Assembly (NCBI GenBank): GCA_963701085.1
Contig: OY969561.1
Location: 352,001-416,000, forward strand
Direction of reading: 5' to 3'
Origin: an uncultured bacterium
GTDB lineage: Bacteria; Babelota; Babeliae; Babelales; Vermiphilaceae
DNA length: 64,000 nucleotides
Under the pieces are notes generated by a model that saw only the letters and a program-made list of their open reading frames with translations, did not search any database and was not told the origin of the DNA. This document shows positions 17,935 through 28,210 of this stretch, in pieces (positions within the stretch are counted from its first letter, which is position 1; each line of letters opens with the position of its first letter). The position numbers and the translations under genes were made by a program.

Positions 17935-19314
17935 ATGAGTAAAAATTCTCATTATAATAACGCTGTTACCAGAAAACCAAGTATTGAAGGCATTCTTGGA
18001 AAAACGCTTCCTGCGCATAGTGATGCAGAACGCGCGGTGCTTGGAGCGTTGTTATTGAATGATGAATATATTAGTACGATTTCAGAAATTATTGTTCCTG
18101 ATGATTTTTATAGTCCTGCCCATAAAATTATTTATCAAGCCATTGTTGATTTGGGTCAGAAACATAAACGTATTGATATTGTTACCCTGCAGGATGAGTT
18201 AACAAAAAAAGATCAATTAGATACAGTAGGTGGTATTATTTATCTGGTTAGTTTACAGGAAGATATACCTTCAGTTGGTTTGATTGTTCAGCATGCGACT
18301 ATTATTAAAGAAAAATCAGTGTTGCGGCAGCTTATTAGCTCGGCCGCAACAATCATTACTAACTGTTATACGCAAGATCAGAGCTCAATAGATGCCGTTC
18401 TTGATGATGCAGAAAAAGTTATTTTTAATATTTCCAATAAACGATCAAGCAACAGTTTTGTTCAGCTTGATATCTGGTTAAAGAGAACCTTTCAACATCT
18501 TTCTGATATAAAAACTCATACAAAGGGTATAACCGGAATTCCATCAGGTTTTCAACATCTTGATCAGATGACCTCCGGTTTTCAAAATAGTGATTTTATT
18601 GTTCTTGCAGCACGACCATCAATGGGTAAAACTGCACTTGCTATGTGTATTGCGCTTGAAGCAGCACGTAATGGTTTTGCTACAGGTATTTTTTCTCTTG
18701 AAATGTCGGCTGAACAGCTTACCTTACGTCTTTTATCAGCTGAGTCCGGTATTGGGCATCACAATATTAGAAATGCAACTATCTCATCAGATGAATGGGT
18801 TGATTTAACTAATGTTGCTGCACAGCTTGCTGAAATGAAGGTATTTATTGATGACACCGCAATGCTTAATATTATGGATTTACGAGCAAAAGCACGTAAA
18901 TTAAAAGCTGAGCATGGGCTACAATTTTTGGTAATTGATTACTTGCAGCTGCTACATTCCAACAAAAAACATGAAAATCGTCATCAAGAAGTTTCTGATA
19001 TTTCTCGATCACTAAAAGCATTGGCTAAAGAGCTTAATATTCCTATCATGGCATTATCACAGCTTTCTCGTGCGGTTGATAGCCGTATGGATAAACGACC
19101 GATGCTTTCTGATTTGCGTGAATCCGGAGCTATTGAGCAAGATGCTGATGTAATTATGTTTTTGTATCGTGATGTTGTGTATAATGCTGAGGCAGAAAAT
19201 CCTGCATTGGCAGAACTTATCATTGGTAAACAGCGTAACGGTCCAACGGGAACAGTGTACATGAACTTTGTTAGAGAAATTACCAAATTTGAGGATGCAA
19301 CAGATTTTGAATAA
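17935..19314 (+). CDS. dnaB: Replicative DNA helicase
   Basis: AERAVLGALL, AARPSMGKTA, FSLEMS, IDYLQL, LSQLSR, DLRESGAIEQDAD, KQRNGPTG. Confidence 0.98.
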   Translation: MSKNSHYNNAVTRKPSIEGILGKTLPAHSDAERAVLGALLLNDEYISTISEIIVPDDFYSPAHKIIYQAIVDLGQKHKRIDIVTLQDELTKKDQLDTVGGIIYLVSLQEDIPSVGLIVQHATIIKEKSVLRQLISSAATIITNCYTQDQSSIDAVLDDAEKVIFNISNKRSSNSFVQLDIWLKRTFQHLSDIKTHTKGITGIPSGFQHLDQMTSGFQNSDFIVLAARPSMGKTALAMCIALEAARNGFATGIFSLEMSAEQLTLRLLSAESGIGHHNIRNATISSDEWVDLTNVAAQLAEMKVFIDDTAMLNIMDLRAKARKLKAEHGLQFLVIDYLQLLHSNKKHENRHQEVSDISRSLKALAKELNIPIMALSQLSRAVDSRMDKRPMLSDLRESGAIEQDADVIMFLYRDVVYNAEAENPALAELIIGKQRNGPTGTVYMNFVREITKFEDATDFE

Positions 19315-19381
19315 TTAAAAATTCTTTTCGAGTGTTTCAGTGTTGTGTAGAGTAAACTAAACAATATTTGTGGAAGGGACC

Positions 19382-19543
19382 ATGATGAAAAGCGGATTTT
19401 TTTCAAAAAGAGACGAAGTTGTTTTAAGTACTGTCACCGCATTAATCGTTGGAGGATTATTGTATCAAGGATTTTCATCTTTGTTGCATAGTAAAGAACA
19501 TGCGGTTTTTCAAAAAAATCCTGTTGTGGTAACTAAGAAGTAA
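19382..19543 (+). CDS. Small single-TM hypothetical protein (53 aa)
   Basis: Manual translation MMKSGFFSKRDEVVLSTVTALIVGGLLYQGFSSLLHSKEHAVFQKNPVVVTKK; GAAGGGA upstream; fills the dnaB-ruvC gap. Confidence 0.55.
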   Translation: MMKSGFFSKRDEVVLSTVTALIVGGLLYQGFSSLLHSKEHAVFQKNPVVVTKK

Positions 19544-19573
19544 TGTTTTGTCCCAAAAAAAGGAAAAAAAAGA

Positions 19574-20068
19574 GTGGTAATTCTTGGCATTGATCCAGGA
19601 TTTAGATGTGCTGGATTTGGAATTTTAAAGAAAGAAGGGCGACAAGCCCTTCTTCTTGATTATGGTTGTCTCACCATGTCATCGTCTGATAGTCTTGTTA
19701 CCCGTGTGGGAGAATTCCATCAGTTTTTTGAAGAAAAAATTAATACCTGGGGTGTTACAGTCATTGCTTTAGAAACACCTTTTTTGGGTAAGAATGCTCA
19801 AAATTTTCTAAAGCTTGGTTATTTGCGTGGCATATTATATCTTCTTGCGCATCAACATAAAACGACTATCCAAGAATTTGCTCCGACAGAAGTAAAACAA
19901 TCGGTTACTGGTTTTGGTGGTGCGACAAAAGATCAGGTTGCTCGTGTTGTGCTACAACTGTTTCCTGGTATGGAAGTCCCTAAAAAAGAAGATGTTACTG
20001 ATGCTTTGGCAGTTACATTGTGTGGTTTATGGGCGAGTAACCAACATAGTTTATTGCAAAAAAATTAG
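19574..20068 (+). CDS. ruvC: Holliday junction resolvase RuvC
   Basis: ILGIDPG, IALE, PTEVKQSVTGFGGATKDQV, DVTDALAV. Confidence 0.96.
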   Translation: MVILGIDPGFRCAGFGILKKEGRQALLLDYGCLTMSSSDSLVTRVGEFHQFFEEKINTWGVTVIALETPFLGKNAQNFLKLGYLRGILYLLAHQHKTTIQEFAPTEVKQSVTGFGGATKDQVARVVLQLFPGMEVPKKEDVTDALAVTLCGLWASNQHSLLQKN

Positions 20069-20076
20069 ATTATTCA

Positions 20077-20122
20077 AAAAAAGATGTTCGTATGGCGGGT
20101 TTCACCATGCGAACATCTTTTT
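20077..20122. terminator. Bidirectional terminator between ruvC and fibre gene F1
   Basis: aaaaaagatgttcgtatgg...ccatgcgaacatcttttt. Confidence 0.7.
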
Positions 20123-20140
20123 ATTATACGTACGTTATTT

Positions 20141-21652
20141 TTATGCAGCGTATTGTTCTAATACAGCTACTCTTGCAGCAAGATCTTTAATCCAAGTTTG
20201 TTGTTTTTGTACTTCACTTAATAACAATACTGGTAATACATTATATTGAACGGTGTATGGCTGACCATTTTCATCATATGCAACAATTTCAGGGAATATT
20301 TCAGCAACTTCCTCAGCAATTAAACCATATTGTTTTGCTTCAGATGCATCGCCATTGTAAGCAAATATTACGGGACGAAGTTGATATATGTTTGCTGAAT
20401 CAGCATTCATATCTTGAATGCTGTGTTTAAATCTGCGTGATGAAGGGGCTGTTCCAAGTTGGCCATTGAGATCAACTATGACTGGTAAAGTAGTCGCGCT
20501 ACCCGTAGTAATTCCATAAACGCCTGCCACAAATGTTCTTGTTTGTGCCAAGCCAATGCGGGTTGTATTGCTTTCAGATGAAACCCCACCATGTGCAATA
20601 TAAATATTATTATTGCCGGTTGTAAGTGCACTTCCTGCATTGACACCAAGAGCAACGTTGCCAGATCCGGTACTTAATTCTAAGGCATTTTCACCAATTG
20701 CCGTATTATTATTTCCGGTTGTGTTTGTGCTTAGTGCGCCAGCGCCAATTGCTGTATTATCATCACCAAAAGTATTATTTACTAAGGATGCTATACCAAC
20801 CGCCGTATTTCCATTCCCGCCTATATTTGATGGCATGGAGATAAACCCAATTGCTGTGTTAGCATCTCCATCTATATTTGATACAAGCGCAATAGCACCA
20901 ATTGCCACATTCACAGAACCATTTTGATTGGCAGCCAGTGCAGTGAGACCTGAAGCGGTATTGTAAAAGCCATCTTGATTTGAGGTTAAAGCAAACGCAC
21001 CGGTGCCTGTATTATATCGGCCGCTCATGCTAAAATTACCTGCCTCTACACCAAGAAATGTATTATTTGTTCCAAAATTATGGATGAATGAATCCCCATT
21101 TTTGAAAATATTACCAACTGCTGGGTTGATTGAATCATTCATAGAAATATTACATCCAACCGTTAAATCACAATCAATTATTTCGTTATTTACCGATAAG
21201 TTATTAACGCATAAATTATCAACGCAATTTAAAACTACCAAATCAGTGACTGTTAAGGAACCTTCAATCTCTACATCCTTTTTAAATTCAACATCTTTAA
21301 AGAATTTTGCTGATTCAAGCGCGTATAGTTTTTCTCTTAGTTTCAATGTTTGGACACGTAGTGATTCATTATCTTGATCAAAAGAAAGATCTCTCGTTGT
21401 TCCAGCAAGTATAGTTTGAACATCAATTGTTAATTTACCGGCTGTAACGGCATCTATAACTGAACTAATTGTTGTATTAATTTGTTCTATTTGATTACTG
21501 TTTAATGATTTGTGATTGAGATAAACTTGTTTTACATCATGTATTAATTGAGATAGCTCTTCTTGTAAAATCGCGGATAGGGATAGCGGCGAAATGAGAA
21601 TTCCCGCCAATAACAATAGAGAATGACGCTGAGATGAAAACATGATCTTCAT
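20141..21652 (-). CDS. Fibre protein F1: signal peptide, Cys repeat, 17-aa NTAxGxxAL repeats, C-terminal S74 intramolecular chaperone
   Basis: C-terminal [30 protein letters not shown] motif plus coiled coil. Confidence 0.85.
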   Translation of the reverse strand: MKIMFSSQRHSLLLLAGILISPLSLSAILQEELSQLIHDVKQVYLNHKSLNSNQIEQINTTISSVIDAVTAGKLTIDVQTILAGTTRDLSFDQDNESLRVQTLKLREKLYALESAKFFKDVEFKKDVEIEGSLTVTDLVVLNCVDNLCVNNLSVNNEIIDCDLTVGCNISMNDSINPAVGNIFKNGDSFIHNFGTNNTFLGVEAGNFSMSGRYNTGTGAFALTSNQDGFYNTASGLTALAANQNGSVNVAIGAIALVSNIDGDANTAIGFISMPSNIGGNGNTAVGIASLVNNTFGDDNTAIGAGALSTNTTGNNNTAIGENALELSTGSGNVALGVNAGSALTTGNNNIYIAHGGVSSESNTTRIGLAQTRTFVAGVYGITTGSATTLPVIVDLNGQLGTAPSSRRFKHSIQDMNADSANIYQLRPVIFAYNGDASEAKQYGLIAEEVAEIFPEIVAYDENGQPYTVQYNVLPVLLLSEVQKQQTWIKDLAARVAVLEQYAA

Positions 21653-21825
21653 ACGGACTCCTTGTGGGTAAAAAATATACTCTCTCTATTTTGTATCAAG
21701 GAATTTTGCATAAAAACAACTATTTAAAAAAATGCTCATGCATATTGTTGACACTATTATTATATTTTTGTTACATAAAAATAGCTCTTCTTGTGATAAA
21801 GTGTTTCAAAAAAAAAGGATAGTGT

Positions 21826-24015
21826 ATGAAGAAGTTTCGATTGATCGATTGTTGTACAACTTTCTTGGCGACGATTGTTTTATTATTTCCGTTGCATGTG
21901 CAAGCCACTGATAGAAATGATAGCTATATTTCCAGCACAGAATTTCATGAAATGCTGGAAAATAGTGACATGAAGTATATCTATCTTGGAAAAGAATTTA
22001 GTGATTTATATGAGGTAGTATCACGTATCGGTAAATTGGAGGATAATGAGGATTCCTTACTCAATGAGCTGCAAAGACATATAGAAGATGGTTTTTCTGT
22101 TGGACTTTATGAATCTGTTTTAGAAGCTCTGAATTATGCCGAAAAAGCTTTGCAAGATAATAGTGCAAAAATAAGTCCTGAAGAAGCTCAGGACATTTCT
22201 CAATCCCTTGAAATAGTGATGAATCAAGTCATTAATGATGCGCTCAACATTAGTGCAAAAAAAATAACGCATACCCCTTCCAAAATGCATGCGCCACACC
22301 ATCCGGTAACGCCTTCAAAATTTAGTCCAGGTAAAGATCATAGAGTTTTTAGAACAAAACGTTCTGGAGATAAAGTACATTTTAATACAGGGGTTGATAT
22401 ACACGGTAAACTTAAAGTGTATGGCCCAGCAATTTTTAGAGATAATGTTGAATTTGAAGAAGATGTATGTTTTGAGGATGAAGTTAAGTTTAAAGATAAA
22501 GTAAAATTTGAACATTTTGTAAAATTTGATGGTAATGTAAAATTTGAAGAAGATGTTACGATAGAAGAAACATTGACCGTCACAGATTTGGTAGTTCTCA
22601 GTTGCATTGATAACCTTTGTGTGACCAGTTTAACGGTTATTGATATAATTGTGCCAGGTGGTAGTTGTCTTGATCACCTGTGTGTAAACAATTTATCGGT
22701 AACAGATTTAGTAGTTCTCAGCTGTATGGATAATTTGTGTGTAAATAATTTATCAGTAACAGATTTGACAGTAACAAGTTGTATAGATTTTCTTTGTGTT
22801 AACACATTGTCAGTGACAGATATTATTACAGGCTGTTTTACTAATTTATGCGTAGAAAATTTGTCAGTTGTTAATGGAATTATTGACAATCTAACGGTAA
22901 CAAATTGCATGACAAGTCTGTGTGTTGATACATTATCAGTAACCGACCTCATTGTTCCATCTTTGAGCACTTGTGATATTATTGTTGGGTGCGACATTTT
23001 AATGAATAACACAGCTGGTGCTGCCATAGGTAATATCTTCAAAGGTGGTAATCGGTTTATGCATAACGCTGGTACTGATAATACATTCCTTGGTATCAAT
23101 GCAGGTAACTTTACTACGACTGGTGCAGAAAACGTTGGTATTGGCCGTCAGGCACTGTCCTCAAATACAACTGGTTTTGAGAACGTAGCTGTTGGTGCTT
23201 TTGCGTTACCAGCTAACACTATTGGGGAAAATGATGTTGCAGTCGGTGCATTTGCACTTGCAGTTAACACGACTGGTAATGAAAATACTGCACTTGGTGG
23301 TTTTACGTTAGTAAATAATACAATCGGTTCAGGTAATACGGCAGTTGGTTTTGATGCCGGTTTTAGTTTAGCAACGGGTGATAATAACGTTTTTGTAGGA
23401 AATAATGCAGGTAACTTTGCCACAACTGGTTTTACTAACGTTATAATTGGTAACAGTGCTGGCGCGAGTTTAATAGTCGGTGATGATAATATTTACATAT
23501 CAAATGCTGGTATGCCTGCTGAAAGTGGCATTATACGTATAGGAACAGTTGCTACGCATACTGCAGCATTTATTCAGGGTATTTTCCCGAGTGTAGTTGG
23601 TGGTACTGGTATACCAGTTTTTGTTGATGCAACTGGCCAATTAGGAACGGTGGTTTCTTCACGAAGATTTAAACATGATATAGCAGATATGACATCTGAC
23701 ATATCACAAAATATTTATAAACTTCGTCCGGTTACCTTTGTGTATAATTCTGATGAAAGTGATACACAGCAATATGGTTTAGTTGCTGAAGAAGTTGCTG
23801 AAGTATTACCTGCATTGGTTGTACATGATGAAGAAGGTGTACCATATACCGTTCGTTATCATATATTGCCAATGTTGTTGCTTAATGAAGTTCAAAAATT
23901 AAATGGTATTATTGAAGATCAAGCAATTACCATAAATGACCTTAAATCAGACAATAAAAAGTTTGGTGAAATAATAGAGACGGTTATTGCTAAGATTAAT
24001 GACTTGAATCATTAA
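21826..24015 (+). CDS. Fibre protein F2 (729 aa) with hexapeptide and Cys-rich repeats and S74 chaperone
   Basis: Signal peptide; shared N-domain YIYLGKEFS..; VxF hexapeptides; six C-x4-C repeats; SSRRFKHDI. Confidence 0.87.
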   Translation: MKKFRLIDCCTTFLATIVLLFPLHVQATDRNDSYISSTEFHEMLENSDMKYIYLGKEFSDLYEVVSRIGKLEDNEDSLLNELQRHIEDGFSVGLYESVLEALNYAEKALQDNSAKISPEEAQDISQSLEIVMNQVINDALNISAKKITHTPSKMHAPHHPVTPSKFSPGKDHRVFRTKRSGDKVHFNTGVDIHGKLKVYGPAIFRDNVEFEEDVCFEDEVKFKDKVKFEHFVKFDGNVKFEEDVTIEETLTVTDLVVLSCIDNLCVTSLTVIDIIVPGGSCLDHLCVNNLSVTDLVVLSCMDNLCVNNLSVTDLTVTSCIDFLCVNTLSVTDIITGCFTNLCVENLSVVNGIIDNLTVTNCMTSLCVDTLSVTDLIVPSLSTCDIIVGCDILMNNTAGAAIGNIFKGGNRFMHNAGTDNTFLGINAGNFTTTGAENVGIGRQALSSNTTGFENVAVGAFALPANTIGENDVAVGAFALAVNTTGNENTALGGFTLVNNTIGSGNTAVGFDAGFSLATGDNNVFVGNNAGNFATTGFTNVIIGNSAGASLIVGDDNIYISNAGMPAESGIIRIGTVATHTAAFIQGIFPSVVGGTGIPVFVDATGQLGTVVSSRRFKHDIADMTSDISQNIYKLRPVTFVYNSDESDTQQYGLVAEEVAEVLPALVVHDEEGVPYTVRYHILPMLLLNEVQKLNGIIEDQAITINDLKSDNKKFGEIIETVIAKINDLNH

Positions 24016-24024
24016 TAATTGAGC

Positions 24025-24084
24025 AGAGTTATCAATAAAAATAGGCTTCTGGACATCCAGGAGCCTATTTTTATTGATAACTCT
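24025..24084. terminator. Long hairpin / terminator between F2 and F3
   Basis: agagttatcaataaaaataggcttctgga-ca-tccaggagcctatttttattgataactct. Confidence 0.75.
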
Positions 24085-24174
24085 TTATTTTGTTGAATAT
24101 TTTGTTCTATTTTTGTTACACAAGGTAAAGAGATTTTTTAGTTTAAATGTATTGCTTTAAAAAGAGGGTTGTGT

Positions 24175-27100
24175 ATGAAAAAATATTATGTCCTATCTTT
24201 ATTGATATGGGCGTTGCCACTAGTGGCAGAAAAAAGAGATGTTGCCGACAGCATATCTGAAGATCAATTACACCATCTTTATAATAATTCATATGATAGA
24301 GACATTTATTTCGGCAAAGATGTTAGTAATATTGTTAATGTGATAAGATGCATTAATGAGATAGATGAAAATAAAAATTCTTGTCTTCGTGAATTACTCA
24401 ATTGTATAGATAAAGGGTGTCTTTTTGGTGGATGGGATGCCGTTGCTCAAGCGCTTGATTATGCAGATTTGGTTTTAAAAAAACGTCATACATGGCTTCC
24501 TAAAAAAATTGCCAAAAAATTAACTGCTGATCTTCATCTTATCATTAATCAGATGATTGATGGTGCATTGAGTGTTGATTCAAACACAATAAAATTTAAT
24601 AATGATTTTTGTGGTATGATTTTCGATACTATTGTTGACGGAGCATTGATCGTTAGGGGTAACACACGCCTGCATGGTAAGCTCAAAGTTTATGAGAAAG
24701 CTCTTTTTAAAGATAAAGTAAAATTTAAAAAAAATGTTGATATAGAAGGTACCTTAACAACAACAGATTTAGTTGTTCGTGATTGTATTGACAAACTGTG
24801 CGTGAACAATTTGACGGTAACGGACCTTGTTGTAACTGATTTGAGTATAGTCGGTTGTTTGGCTGAATTATGTGTGGAAAATTTATCAGTCGTTAATGGA
24901 ATTATTGACAATCTAACGGTAACAAATTGCATGACAAGTTTGTGTGTTATTGATTTTTCAGCAGTTGATGCATCAATAAGTGGTACGTTATCCGTAAATG
25001 ATCTTGTGGCGGGTACCATAGAAGCTGTGTGTAATTTAAGTGTTGGTTGTAATATTCTGATGCATAATACCGAAAGTCCATTGATAGGTAACATCCTAAA
25101 AGATGGCGATCGGTTTATTCATAATACCGGCACTAACAATACATTTATGGGGATTAATGCAGGAAACTTTACAACAAGTGGTATAGGTGGTAATACCGCT
25201 TATGGTGTTAATGCATTACAATCTAATACAACAGGAGCTAATAATATTGCCATTGGTGTTGACGCGCTATTTTCAAATACGGTAGGTGTAGACAATATAG
25301 CAATTGGTAATAATGCTCTTGAATCTAATACAACAGGATTATTTAATGTGGCGGTTGGTTACAATGCACTTAGGAATAATACAGAATCAGTTAACGCTGC
25401 GTTTGGTACTAACGCACTGCAAAGTAATACTACAGGGGTTTTTAATGTTGCTGTTGGTAACTTTGCATTACAAAGTAATATATCAGGAAAGAATAATATT
25501 GGTATTGGTAACTTTGCATTAGCGGCAAATACAACAGGTATTGAAAATGTCGCCGTTGGTAACTTTGCATTAGAATTCAATACAATTGGTAGTGATAATG
25601 CTGCGCTCGGTAATTTTGCATTAACACAAAATACTATCGGAATTCAAAATACTGCTCTTGGTAATCATGCATTGCAACAAAATATTACCGGTTACGAGAA
25701 CACTGCTGTTGGCTATAATTCGCTGACATCAAATAGGAGTGGCATAAGAAATACTGCTGTAGGTGCTTATGCATTAGCAAGTAATACAACTGGTTTTGAT
25801 AATACAGCAGTTGGTGATAGTGCATTAAAAGCAAATACTGTAGGCACAGCCAATGTAGCCGTTGGTAATTTTGCGCTCGAATCAAATACGTGTGGAGGGG
25901 CTGATGTAGCAGTTGGCCGTTTTGCGTTAACTAGTAATGAGGCGGGAAACTTTAATGTTGCGGTTGGTAACAATGCTCTTATGGATAATACAGAATCAGT
26001 CAATGCTGCTTTTGGAACAGATGCATTGCTCGTTAATACAACCGGATTTTTTAATACTGCTCTTGGTAATTATACACTTAATGCCAATACAATTGGTGTA
26101 CAGAATACAGCTGTTGGTACATTTGCTGCCCCTGCAAATGATGTAGGTACTGATAACATTGCGATAGGGTATCATGTATTTTTTGCCAATACAGAAGGAT
26201 CTTTCAATATTGCTATTGGTAATCACGCATTAGAAACAGATATAACAGGAGAAGATAACATAGCAATTGGTTATCAAGCATTACAATCAAATATCACCGG
26301 TGCCAATATTGCTGTTGGTAATAATGCTTCACAGTCAATTACAACAGGCGCACCAAATACGGTGATAGGGACCGGCGCCTTTAATGCAAGTAAAATTGGA
26401 CATGATAATGTTGTGATTGGAGATATGGCTATGCCCTTGGGTGATGAGCTTGCGGCAAATATAGCTATTGGTGATCTTGCAATGCATGAGGCTTTCACGG
26501 GTGCTGGTAATGTCGCTATTGGTGATAATGTAATGTACTTTGATTTTGACGGTGAGGCTAATATAGCAATCGGGGCTGCAGCTTTGGGTATTAGTCCGAA
26601 TCCTAAGAATAATACTGCCGTGGGTGATGGAGCAATGGGTGCAAGTCTATTTGGTGATGATAATGTTGCTGTTGGCGCGGGAGCATTGGGAGGATCTCTT
26701 TTGAGTATACCTCCATTTCCTCAAACTCCTGCGGTACCGCCAATACCAACACACATAGTATTCGGGGCAAATAATGTTGCTGTTGGTTCTGGTGCGCTTA
26801 ACGCCAATGAGGTAGATGGTAATGTTGCCGTTGGTTTTAAAGCGCTTACCGTAAATAGCGTGGGGATAAATAATACCGCCGTAGGCACTGAATCTTTAGT
26901 GGTAAATGTTGATGGTAGTCAAAATACTGCTGTTGGTTATTTTACTTTACATACTAATGTGGTCGGTACTGCTAATACTGCTGTTGGACATTTAGCATTA
27001 ACACTCAATACAGCTGTTGATAATACAGCGGTTGGCTCCTTAGCTTTAACAGCGAATACTATTGGAACATCTAATGTTGCCGTTGGTGCCAATGCTCTTG

Positions 27101-28047
27101 CTGCAAGTGTAGACGGGAACGCTAATACCGCCGTAGGTGTGAATGCCCTTGCTGCTAATACTGGTCCAGGTGATAACATAGCTATTGGTTTCGGTGCTGG
27201 CGCAGCAGGCGTGTTAGGAACGGCGAATATAATAATTGGTAACGGAGCAGCGGATCTCATTGAAGGGAGCGATAATATTATCATAGGTCATGGTGCATTT
27301 GCAGCATCTTTTAGTCCAACAGCTATAGCAAATATTGCGATTGGAACTGGTGCTCTTGCTATAAATGATGGTCTCATAAATGTAGCAATTGGCAACGAGG
27401 CATTATCACTTAATCCTATTGCGATTAATACTATTGCAATTGGCACCGGTGCCGGCATAGATGATACACTGGGTGCTGATAATATTTGGATAGGATCTCC
27501 TGGATTCGACACGTTTACAACAATAGGAATTGGAACGCCTTTACTGCATAATATTGCTTGTTTTCCTGAGACATGTTTTACAACGTTTGCCCCTCTAGCC
27601 GTTGGTTTATTACTTGGTAGTCCTACTGCCGGTTATGCTCAATTTGGTATTTTTCCCCCTCCTCCTTCTGCAAAACGTTTTAAACATGATATAGAAGATA
27701 TGGGAATTAATTCTGAATTTATTTATAAGTTGCGGCCCGTAACATTTAAATATAACGATGATTTGACATTTGTTTCCAAAGATAAAATTAATAACAGACA
27801 ATATGGTTTAATTGCTGAAGAAGTTAGGGAAGTAATGCCTAACTTAGTCTTGTCAGATCCTTTAGGTAGTGGAGAAATATTCTCAGTTGATTATGATGCT
27901 TTGGCACCAATGTTACTTAATGAAGTTCAGAAAATTAATAAAAAAGTAACGGAACTGCAGAAAAAAGATCTCATTATTGAAGAGTTACAAAATGACGTAA
28001 AACAAATGAAGGCTATTATTAATAAACTTATGGCACGAATGAAGTAG
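24175..28047 (+). CDS. Fibre protein F3 (about 1290 aa) with S74 chaperone
   Basis: GAGGG RBS before ATG 24175; signal peptide; long NTAVG..AL..N repeat stalk; PPPPSAKRFKHDI...YGLIAEEV. Confidence 0.87.
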   Translation: MKKYYVLSLLIWALPLVAEKRDVADSISEDQLHHLYNNSYDRDIYFGKDVSNIVNVIRCINEIDENKNSCLRELLNCIDKGCLFGGWDAVAQALDYADLVLKKRHTWLPKKIAKKLTADLHLIINQMIDGALSVDSNTIKFNNDFCGMIFDTIVDGALIVRGNTRLHGKLKVYEKALFKDKVKFKKNVDIEGTLTTTDLVVRDCIDKLCVNNLTVTDLVVTDLSIVGCLAELCVENLSVVNGIIDNLTVTNCMTSLCVIDFSAVDASISGTLSVNDLVAGTIEAVCNLSVGCNILMHNTESPLIGNILKDGDRFIHNTGTNNTFMGINAGNFTTSGIGGNTAYGVNALQSNTTGANNIAIGVDALFSNTVGVDNIAIGNNALESNTTGLFNVAVGYNALRNNTESVNAAFGTNALQSNTTGVFNVAVGNFALQSNISGKNNIGIGNFALAANTTGIENVAVGNFALEFNTIGSDNAALGNFALTQNTIGIQNTALGNHALQQNITGYENTAVGYNSLTSNRSGIRNTAVGAYALASNTTGFDNTAVGDSALKANTVGTANVAVGNFALESNTCGGADVAVGRFALTSNEAGNFNVAVGNNALMDNTESVNAAFGTDALLVNTTGFFNTALGNYTLNANTIGVQNTAVGTFAAPANDVGTDNIAIGYHVFFANTEGSFNIAIGNHALETDITGEDNIAIGYQALQSNITGANIAVGNNASQSITTGAPNTVIGTGAFNASKIGHDNVVIGDMAMPLGDELAANIAIGDLAMHEAFTGAGNVAIGDNVMYFDFDGEANIAIGAAALGISPNPKNNTAVGDGAMGASLFGDDNVAVGAGALGGSLLSIPPFPQTPAVPPIPTHIVFGANNVAVGSGALNANEVDGNVAVGFKALTVNSVGINNTAVGTESLVVNVDGSQNTAVGYFTLHTNVVGTANTAVGHLALTLNTAVDNTAVGSLALTANTIGTSNVAVGANALAASVDGNANTAVGVNALAANTGPGDNIAIGFGAGAAGVLGTANIIIGNGAADLIEGSDNIIIGHGAFAASFSPTAIANIAIGTGALAINDGLINVAIGNEALSLNPIAINTIAIGTGAGIDDTLGADNIWIGSPGFDTFTTIGIGTPLLHNIACFPETCFTTFAPLAVGLLLGSPTAGYAQFGIFPPPPSAKRFKHDIEDMGINSEFIYKLRPVTFKYNDDLTFVSKDKINNRQYGLIAEEVREVMPNLVLSDPLGSGEIFSVDYDALAPMLLNEVQKINKKVTELQKKDLIIEELQNDVKQMKAIINKLMARMK

Positions 28048-28077
28048 AACTGTTTTTGCAGTAATTAAGCAGAGTGA

Positions 28078-28108
28078 TAGGCATCTGGATAACCAGATGC
28101 CTATTTTT
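28078..28108 (+). terminator. Intrinsic terminator after F3
   Basis: taggcatctgg-ataa-ccagatgccta followed by a T run. Confidence 0.7.
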
Positions 28109-28210
28109 ATTGATAACTCTTTATTTTTGTTGAATATTTTGTTCTATTTTTGTTACACAAGATAAAGAGGTTTTTCAGTTTAAATATAATGCTTTTAAAA
28201 ATGGTTGTGT

